Assembly (NCBI GenBank): GCA_001179505.1
Contig: CDMY01000715.1
Location: 1-27,857 of the forward strand
From: Vitrella brassicaformis CCMP3155
Taxonomy: Eukaryota > Protista > Chromerida
Direction: 5' to 3'
Length of the DNA stretch: 27,857 nucleotides
Positions within the stretch are counted from its first letter, which is position 1, and every line of letters starts with the position of its first letter. The translations under genes were made by a program, and so were the position numbers. Positions 1 to 8,779 of this stretch are shown piece by piece. The notes beneath the pieces were generated by a model. The model worked only from the letters and a program-made list of their open reading frames with translations. It was not told where the DNA came from and did no database searches.

Positions 1-823
1 GCATGTTTTTCAAGCTCCCGCCGTTCTTGTCTGCATGTTTTCAAGCTCTCGCTATTGTTGCATGCGTCGGTGTGCTTCTCGCCAACACTCGTGCTGTGCA
101 CGTCTCTGTGACGCATAATTCACCGCCACTTCGCACGCTGCTTTCGACCCCCGCCCAATTCGCGGCCCGGGGTGCCCACGCAGTGGGTGCCCCTTACTCG
201 GAATGTGGACAGACCCTTCAAACCCTGATGACAGACACAGGAGAAGGGTGTTAGGTTTTGAAACCCTATCACCCCACAGCGCACAGCCCGCAGGATGAGG
301 CGTCAACCGACACATCTGATTCATTACCTTTCATCATTGCCGTGCTCAGTGATTCATCGCGACAGCTACGGAGTGGTTCGGTGACTGTCCGCTTGCCTCG
401 CCCTCTCATTTTGCTCTGTCATCCGCAGGTCAGCAGCGTCGCAAACACACACAAGGCAGATATCGCACACGTACACTTCCTCCTGTGTCTGGCCATGCAG
501 GCCGCGTTCCTTTGTGGACTGCACCCACTTGGACAAGCTTACAGTAGCAGCTTTTGTCGCAGTTTTGTCGCGGAGAAGAACGCCAAGTCGGACGCGTGAA
601 GCCATTTAATAGGTGGCAACTATGACGAAGGGAATGGCATCTCGTCACACGCTTCCCACCGCCTGTCGATGTGTGTGATTCATTCATTGCAGCTCGCTCG
701 TGTGTGAGTTGTCGTTGGCGGAAGGCTGCGTCCGTTGTCAACAGTGCATCTCGCCTGACGGACGGACGGTCTTGCTTTCCGTGCTGCCTGGCTGCATCGT
801 CTCGTCCACACTCAGCACATAAC

Positions 824-2232
824 ATGGGAGGTGCGTTGGCCGGACGACACACAGTATACCGTGCGGTTCACGCGGCGGCTGCTCGCCTTCCGTCTGTGTC
901 TGTTCGTTCTCAGGATTGTTGTCTCACTGTCGGCCCCTCGAGCCGCCAGCTATTAGCACGCTGGGTTTCCTGGATATCTATCCCAGTCGAAGCACGAAAG
1001 ATGCCGCCACTCGAGAGCTCGTCGACGGCCTCAGGAACGGCACACTGACTCTGGAGAGGGCCACTCAGTTGTTGAAAGGAGGAGCCGACGCCACAAAGAT
1101 CATTGCGAGCGGTGTGGTTGCGGAAGGCTTCTACGACCTCCACGGGAGGGACTACAGCCTCGTGCAGCTGGCGATCGAGCACCATCGGACGGCTGACAGT
1201 CTGGACATCATCCGGCTGCTTCTTGACCGAGGCGCTGACATCAACTTCAAAGGGTACCTCTTCGGCCCCCCTGTCGAGCTCGCCGTTCAGCGTGGCCGCT
1301 ATGACGTCGCCCACATGCTGCTGGATGACCCCAAAGTCGACATCAAGGCTGCGGGCCCGCTGCTGTGGCGCGTGGCATCCGACGCCCGTGACGGCAGTGT
1401 GTCGTCAGCCGAGAAGCTCAGGATGGCCAAGAGGTTGGTGCGAATGGGCGGGAGGGCCGCCATCTTGTTCAACACTCCCCCGTATGAGCTTCCTCACAGA
1501 GACTGCCAGCATCCCACGGCCTTGCACAGCTTCTGTGCCCACCCCCTTGACCACCTTCCTGCACAGCTGCACCTCATGGCGTACCTCATCCACAAGGCCG
1601 GCCGTTACATCGTCCGTATTGCAGAGCCATCCACCGATCGCACCCCCCTCTCGTATGCGGCTCGGGCAGACTTCACTGATCCGTCTGCGCTTCGGCTGCT
1701 GCTGCGCAACGGAGCGTCGCTGAGGGGCGTCTGGCCGGCATCCGAACATTCATCGAGGCGCTTCAGTGGGGTGGAACTGCTGGCAAAATGGAAGCGGGCG
1801 CGGCTGCGAGACGCTTACTGTGATTATCTGCGCTATGACCTGCCGGTGCAGGTCAGCATCGCCGTCAAGACCGCCCTCCTGCCCGCACGCGCACTGACGA
1901 GGACGGCACTGCCCGATGGCGTCATTGAGAGCATCGAGGCGCTCATCGACGAGGACGGCGCGGGCGGCCCACCTGCTGTCTCTCTTCACCTTGACATCAT
2001 CGGCGAGGACCCCTTCGGCAGCCGCATCAATGAGCTGGCGAACAGCTACCTGTCGACGGCCTACCGCAACATCCGGGGGACCGCGAATAACAAAGGTGTC
2101 AGCAGCAAGGAGTGGATGCGGCATCGGTACGATGTCCTGATGCGGCGAGTGCGCGAGGCAGCAAAGGAGGAAGAGCGCCGATTCGGTCCTATGAAATCAG
2201 CCCCATTGGTGCTGAGAAACAGAGAGAAATGA
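824..2232 (+). CDS. Ankyrin-repeat protein, ~441 aa, predicted N-myristoylated; join(824..830,914..2232)
   Basis: ORF 916..2232 has ankyrin repeats (YSLVQLAIEH..IIRLLLDRGADIN; PPVELAVQRGRYDVAHMLLD; RTPLSYAA..LRLLLRNGAS) but starts only at TTG. ATG GGA G|GTGCGT (824-830) splices in phase 1 to TTCTCAG|GA (913/914), giving MGGLLSHC. Stop TGA at 2230-2232. Confidence 0.85.
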
Positions 2233-2959
2233 GGTGTGAGCTGCGAGATGGGGCATCCATCAGGGCTGCTCTACATCAGACGCGCCATTGTGGTGTGCTG
2301 ACTGAGGGCCAGCAACAACAGGTGACGAGTACGTCGATTGGCGCTCGTGGTAAAGCAATCTGCTGGAGAATGCATTGCTCACAGCGCAGCGGTGCGTATG
2401 GGTGTCATAGATGCGACAAAGATGCGACATGCCAGACAACCAGTCTTGATGCACTTGGCCGATAGTTGCTGGCTGTTGTCTGGCTTCACTGCAGTACTGT
2501 CGTTGTTTCTACTCGTGTGACAGACGGACGGGACGTCTAAATGGATAATGGTGGCCGCGGGGTTTGAGCCTCTCTCGTTAGTGTCTGGTGAAATGGATTG
2601 GTGCACCGACACACGCCATGAATTCATCTCACTCGGAGAGGTTTTGTCCGTCGTGCAGCATACAAGCCTAGGGACGGACAGGCCATCCATCCATCCACGT
2701 GTGTTGACTGACGCACACATGTGGCCCCTCCCCGTTCGTCCACTGCTGAAGCACGTCGGCCATCGGCAAACACGGACGGATGCACGCATCGACAAAACCA
2801 CGCACACCCACACACACACTAAGCAACACCAGAAAGTCGTCCATAGCGTGCAAGCGCCTGCAGGCGCTGCGCCCAGCTATTCACTGCCGGCCCTCCCTCC
2901 CGACTCGCCCCGCCCCTGTGTGTGTACGTGCGTGTTTGTGCGGTGTCTTCTTAAATCGC

Positions 2960-3122
2960 CCAGACAGACAGACAGACAGACACACACTGATCGATGGATG
3001 CATCGACGTACGTGGGTGCGAAGGCACTAGGCAGTGGATTGATGGATGGATGGGTGGATGGATGGGTGCACGTGTGCATGTGGGTGTGTGTGATACACAC
3101 ACACATACACACACACATACAC
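2960..3122. repeat. Microsatellite cluster (CAGA)n, (GATG)n, (CA)n between convergent gene ends
   Basis: Visible directly; the same repeat types fill most introns in the window. Confidence 0.8.
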
Positions 3123-3156
3123 AGAGGCAACTCTTGATGACAGGAGGTGGACGCAT

Positions 3157-6100
3157 TTAGAGGTCGGCGTCGCCCGGCTGCTGTGCGCTGCTTGGCGAGC
3201 TGACGAAGCTGAGGATCCAGTAGAGGACGAACAGGATGATCACGACCAACCCACTGACGCCGGCATACATCCTGAGCAGATCCATCGAGTCGACCGAGGC
3301 ACATAACATAAACCACCAACCACAAGAGCGAGACGTGTGTGGATTGGTTGCTCACTGGTATCTCTCCTGCGCCTGTCTGTAAGTGGAGTGCTCCTGGCTC
3401 TTGGCGCTCAGCTGCTCCTTCAGCGCTGCAACCCTGACACGACACACGTCAACACATACACACATCCACAAGTACACGTGTCCACGTGTGTGCAGACAGA
3501 CGTGTGTGAACGTGTGCGTGCATTGCCCATCTCACTCACTCTTTGTCCTTCTTGGTCAGCTCGCTATCCTTCTTCTTGACCTGGACACACACACCCGCAC
3601 ACACGCGCTTGTGTGTCTCTACCTTCGTTGCCGTGTGCTGTCTGGCTGGCTGGCTGGCTGACCTCCTCCTTCAGCTCCTGGATGCTCTTCTTGTCCTCTG
3701 TCGTCTTCTTCTCGGTCTTCTTCTTGTTGGTCTCCAGCTGCTTTATCTTGGCACTGTCCTCACCACGCTGACCCCTACACACACACACACACACACACAT
3801 ATGGATCATTGTGTGAGTGTGCACATGTGTGTGTGGGTACTTGAGAGCGTCGAGTTCCTTCATGGCCTGTTGGTAGTTCTCCTGCAGCTGGTCCTTGGAG
3901 CGGCAGTGGTGCTCCCACTCCTCCTTCCAGCCCTGCTCCAGCAACTTGAAGTGACTCTCGCGCTGCTCGTACTCACTCTATTTACACACACACACACACA
4001 CACATGCACACAGACAGAGAGGGAGGGAGGTGGAGCGAGTGTGTCGGTGTGGTGCGGTGTGGGAGTGGCCTACCGCCATTTGCTGTGCCTCTAGTCGCTC
4101 TGTGTTGAGCCGCTGCTCGAAGTGAGACGCCTGCACTCACACCACACACACACACACACATTCTTTGTGCACGTGGCTATCGATGTGATAGCGGTGCTGT
4201 CTCACTGTCTGACCTTTGCCTGCAGTGCGTCCTCCCTCTTCTTGCCGTCCTTCAGGTCCTGCTGCATCTTCTGGAGCGTCTGGCGCAAGCCCACCACCTC
4301 AGTCTCCTGCTGCGACATACGACTGCACGCACTCGCCGCACGGGAATGGGCCTCCTGCACTCACCGACACACACACACATCCATCCATCCATCCACATCG
4401 ATGGGGGGAAGAACGTCGGTGTCTGTGTTGTGTTTGTTTGTACGTGTCTACCTACCTCCATTTGCCGCTGAGCCTCCTCGCGGCTGCTGCTCTCGGCAGC
4501 GAGCTTCTCCTGATGACGCGCACAGACAGACAGACAGACGGACAACACGCGAATGGACCGATGGAATTGAGGTGTGTGTGGGGCGGTATGTGCACACCTG
4601 TAGCTCCGCTATGGTCTGTTCCGCAGCGGCGTGGCTATCCTTGAGCTGAGCGTAGTCGGCGTCCAACCTACACACACACACAGTGGGGTGTGAGTGAGTG
4701 CCCTGCCGGTGCCTTCGTCTCTTGTGTGTGGTTATGTGTGGTGTGGGTGTGGGTGTGGAGCTACTTTTGTGTGCCTTGCTGCCGCTCAGCCAGCTGCTGC
4801 TTGAGGACCATATTCTCTTGCTGACACACACACACACACACACATGGTGTGGCTGGGCGTTCGTTCGTGCGTGCGTGTGTGTCCACCCCCTCACCTGAAT
4901 ACGTTTGTCGTTTTCGTCGTACGACTGCATGGACTGCCTCATCCGCGTCAGCTCCGCTCGGGCAGACTCCACCTCGTTTTGCAGCGATTCCTTGGCCTGA
5001 CACACACACACAACACACACAGAGGGGAGGGAGGGTTCACCAATGCGACCCCACGCCACAGAGATCCATCCACACATCACATGCACAGACCCGCTCGATG
5101 TTGTGGCGCTGCTGCTTCTCATGGTTGTGCGCGGCGGTCCCGCGGTCCAGGCTCTTCTGATAATCCATCAGACGCATCTCCAGTGACGACTTCTCGGCCT
5201 GCACAACACATACAGACAGACACACGTACAAGTAAACAGCCCATTCGTTCTTCACACCACACCCCTTGTTGGCGCCCTCACCACGATGCTCTCGAGTGTC
5301 TGGTGCATCTGTGCGTTGGCCATCTGCAGCTGCTGCACGTTCTGGGCCGTCTGCTGGGCGCTCATCTGTGTGCTCTGCGTCATCTGCTCGGCCGCCAGGA
5401 GCTCCTGCCGCATCCGGGCGATCTGGCCGTTGGCCGCCTCCTGCTGCTCGCGGTGGTGCCGCGACAAATCCTCCATGTGTCGAGCATGCTGATGGATGGA
5501 TGGATGGATGACACACAAAGACACACAATGAAACGGATGCCTCACCCACACGTGTGTGTATATGTTGGCAGATGACTGACCTCGTTAGCCTGCCTTGCCA
5601 TGGCGTCGCGCAAGCCGTCGAGCTCATGTTTGAGTGCGCCGATCTCGCCGTCCTTCTGCTCAATGACCCTGTCGTTGGTGGAGGGGGGAGGGGGCGGGGG
5701 CGGGGGCGGAGGCGGAGGCGGCACCGACTGAGCCACTGGCACCGACACAGGCGCATTCTCACCACTGACACCGGCACTTGGGCGACTCGCCTGCTCCTCG
5801 CCCGATGCCGGTGCTGTATGGTCGACCACCGTGCCGTTGGCAGTTGCTGGTGCTGGTGTGGATGTGTCATGCTGAGCGGCTTCGTTGGCTTCGGTCTCGT
5901 CGCGAGCTGTCTGCTGGCCGTCCTTGGCGGCAGCAGAGGTGTCTGTGTGCGCGTCCTCCTTCATGGACGACTGCTTGGATGGTCCGTTGTGCTGTGCATC
6001 AGCGCCCGTCGGTGTGTCTGCGTTGGTTTCGACGGTCTCTGCCCGGGGAATGGCCGCACTCTTGTCGTTCTTGCTGCTGCCGGCGGGCTGATCTGTGTTG

Positions 6101-6201
6101 CTGCCGCTACTGGCGGTGGGCGGCGGCTGCTGCGGGTCGTCCTTTCCTCCGTTGAGGTCCACTCGGTCCTCACTGCCGGTCATCTCCACAGCCGCTGACA
6201 T
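3157..6201 (-). CDS. Coiled-coil protein with C-terminal transmembrane anchor (golgin-like), 14 exons, ~632 aa; complement(join(3157..3271,3356..3433,3540..3580,3663..3774,3841..3977,4074..4130,4214..4354,4456..4509,4598..4667,4765..4820,4895..4996,5091..5198,5282..5488,5581..6201))
   Basis: All 13 introns are GT-AG with matching phases (nine phase 0, four phase 2), giving an open 1899-nt CDS. Disordered Pro-rich N-terminus, long E/Q/K/L heptad-like region, and last exon MYAGVSGLVVIILFVLYWILSFVSSPSSAQQPGDADL*. The golgin label rests on architecture only. Confidence 0.85.
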
Positions 6202-6527
6202 CGACAAAGCTGCACAAAGCCTGACTCAGAGCGGTTTTTCAGCTCGCCAAATTGCGAGCTGACGAATTCTCTTCTGGGATTGCACTCATGAAAAGACGGC
6301 TGCGGATAAGGAGGCTGGCGGCGGTTGCTGCAACATTCCTATCCGTCATTTTGTCGACCTCACGCGTGTCTTCAGTCAAGGCGCAAATCTCACGGCGGTC
6401 TGTCAGTCAGTCAGTCTGTCTGCCTTTCCCTTCCCTCAACGCACGAACGCACATGTATGGGTAAAAGACGTACTCGATCGGTCAATCTATGGATCGCTCA
6501 ATGGAATGGTGGGTGTGGCTCATCCAT

Positions 6528-8059
6528 CTAGCTGTTGCAGTCACTCGTCAATGCCGCAACTTCCTCGGCCACCGTCTCCTTCGACTTAAGGGGCGGCTGC
6601 ACGCACATACGCGCGCAAAGACGCCGATCCGTCTGTCCTTCTTTATCCGTCTCCTCGCACACTTACCGCTGGTCCGGGTGGTCCGATTCCGTCGACCCAC
6701 GGCTTGCCGCTGCAGGGCCTGGCGTTGGGTGGGGGGCCAGGCAGCTTCCTCTCCTCGGCAGCACCGGGGGCCCCAGCTGCAGTCACGCATTCATTCATGT
6801 GCACCGTGTATGTGTGTTTCTGTGTCTGGTCTGCCCTCTCAGTCACTCACGGACGCACTTGGAGGATGTGGCTTCTCTCGCGCGTGAATGGGCTTGACCT
6901 TCGGCGGATGTTGTTCTCCTTTTGTTGTTGTTCCTTCCTCGCTCACTGCTTCCGTTGAGCTGCTCACCTCAGGATGCCCCTCATCTGTTTCCAATGTTTC
7001 CTCGGGAACTTTCCTGTCTTCATCTTCCGAGGCTGGCGCGGCGTCTCTTGTTTCATCTTCTTCCGGTGGCTCGTGGATGGAGAATTCCTCGGCTTGTGGT
7101 TTGTATTCTACTTCACTGTACCTCCCCATTTTCTCCTCTTCACTGGGCTCGGCTGCAGACAGAGGGAGCCGCAGAGGTGATTCATGAGCTCCAGAGTTCA
7201 TACGTACCTGGCTCCTGAGAGTCGCGCAGCGAGTCGTGAGGCTCTGTGGTATCGGCTGCAGACAGAGGGAGCCGCAGAGGTGATTCATGAGCTCCAGAGT
7301 TCATACGTACCTGGCTCCTGAGAGTCGCGCAGCGAGTCGTGAGGCTCTGTGGTATCGGCTGCAGACAGAGGGAGCCGCAGAGGTGATACATGAGCTGCAG
7401 AGTTCATACGTATCTCGCCTGGCGTAGTAGTATCTGTTGTGGACGATTGTTGATCTTGCTCGACGGAGTCGCGTATCACGCCAGCCAGTGAGGACACATC
7501 ATCTCCATCCTGTTGCGACTGGCTCGTCTCGCCTGGCCTATCGCCTCCTGGTTCAGGTCCATCTCTGTCTCGGTGGAGCTCTGAAAAGCCAAGCACATAG
7601 ACACACGTATGCGCGCGTAGGCCATGCACGGCAGCTCCCACTCCTTTGACCACCGGTGAATCTGGTATCTGCGGCAAGACGACGCATCGGGCGTCCCTTC
7701 AGGTGACCGTGACCATGTCTGTGTACAACGCCGTCTCTGTGCCGACGAGAAGCGTGCTCAACGAGGGCGGCGGGAGGTGCAGCGAGGGCCGTCTTGCTGG
7801 TCTTTTTGTGATGCTGACGCCTCACAATATCGTGGTGGTGGTGTGGCGACGTCGCGTCGACCGGAAGGATAAGAGAGCTGCCACGATGGCGACGGTGCGA
7901 CAAGTGGCGAAGATGCAGATGAGAAGGGGCCGTTGCAATGCGCTTTCGCGTCAGAAAAGAGGGCGCATGGGAATGGTTGGCTGGCGGCGTGCTAAGGAGG
8001 GAGGCAGCGGCCTGTGACGCCAGTGAAAGCAGGAGAAGAGACGGCGGCAGAATCACCAT
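6528..8059 (-). CDS. Gene A: secreted His/Arg-rich + acidic low-complexity protein, 7 exons, ~381 aa; complement(join(6528..6596,6667..6776,6859..7152,7208..7255,7311..7358,7410..7580,7654..8059))
   Basis: Signal peptide MVILPPSLLLLSLASQAAA. Phase-consistent GT-AG introns (five phase 1, last phase 0); ends ..TSDCNS*. Paralogous to gene B in exons 1-2, the last three exons and upstream DNA. The exon-2 donor is ambiguous (7410, or a GC donor at 7419; both phase 1). Confidence 0.75.
7153..7412 (-). repeat. 103-bp tandem repeat (55-nt intron + 48-nt exon), ~2.5 copies
   Basis: 7153-7255 and 7256-7358 are identical; a partial third copy 7359-7412 has 2 mismatches. Confidence 0.95.
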
Positions 8060-8422
8060 GGCCCCTCTGCAACAGTTCACGCAGTAATCATAAAGGTCTC
8101 GTCCAAGGGACGGCAGGGGTGGAATAGGGATGGCTTGAAGGGGATAAGGGGGATGAAGGTTGGGGAAAGTCAGACAAAATGTAAGACGGCAGAGACCTGG
8201 GGGCCGCCCCCAGGTCGCATGAGTTTACCAATCCCAGCGAAGCTCCGGGGAAAGCACTTTTCAAGACACCATGGACGACGTGATGCATAGAAATGTATCA
8301 TCTGTTGATCCGCCCCGCCCATCAGGTACTCTCCATTTGAATCAGCCCGCCCAGAATCAGCAGCCCATGTGCACAGCTCCCACCCTCCCGCCCTCTCTCT
8401 CCCCTGACACATCCATTGGCCA
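8060..8422. promoter_or_regulatory. Upstream region of gene A; paralogue of the B/C divergent promoter at 13874-14281
   Basis: High colinear identity to 13874-14281, including TTTACCAATCCC and CCGCCCCGCCC elements, with one ~50-bp indel. It ends at ACATCCATTGGCCA, versus ACATCCATGGCCA (the gene C start). Confidence 0.7.
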
Positions 8423-8700
8423 TGTGATGTGGTAAGATCCTGGCACCGGCGGGAACACGGCCGCCTTCATGAGTTCAGCTGCGTGTTTGTATATCCATCG
8501 AAGTACTTGTACAAGTAGTGCTTCCCATCCTTCCACCATCCCTCTCCCCAGACACGACAAACCCACCAAAGGCCTTCTCAGCGCTGCCCGTCTGCACTCC
8601 GGCACCCTCTCACATCTCCAGACCCAGAGGCGCTAATGCAGCGGGCTTGCGGTGTCAGAAAGACCCTCCCCGGGCGCACCAAGGCCCATCACACAGGTTT
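8411..8700 (+). pseudogene. Decayed 5' relic of a gene C paralogue
   Basis: Start codon broken by a 1-nt insertion. Colinear matches to gene C exon 1: 8579-8593 vs 14310-14324 (14/15), 8621-8633 vs 14356-14368 (12/13), 8665-8687 vs 14418-14440 (20/23). Confidence 0.65.
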
Positions 8701-8779
8701 GCATGGGAAAAAGCAGTGGAAGGTCTAGTCTGGTTGATCTAGCTGTTGCAGTCGCTCCCTAATCTCAAAAATCCTTCCT

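Noticed and set aside
1-48. Direct repeat GCATGTTTT(T)CAAGCTC at 1-17 and 33-48
   Set aside because: Only two short copies at the window edge; no array or CRISPR structure, and the context is eukaryotic.
258-620. Possible exons of an upstream gene (splice-like sites at 350, 428 and 500; a VIHRD-like peptide)
   Set aside because: No consistent long frame or other kinase motifs could be assembled; it may be UTR or intergenic.
910-2124. Antisense and alternate-frame ORFs over the ankyrin gene (e.g. 910..1314, 1103..1723, 1750..2124)
   Set aside because: Shadow ORFs expected in GC-rich coding DNA; no domain features.
2548-2640. tRNA-like 3' end on the minus strand (GGCTCAAACCCCGCGGCCACCA)
   Set aside because: The T-stem does not pair properly, there is no complementary 5' acceptor strand or D/anticodon arm upstream, and eukaryotic tRNA genes rarely encode CCA.
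7153-7412. Repeat-spacer appearance resembling a CRISPR array
   Set aside because: The 'spacers' are identical, and the unit is exactly one intron plus one exon.
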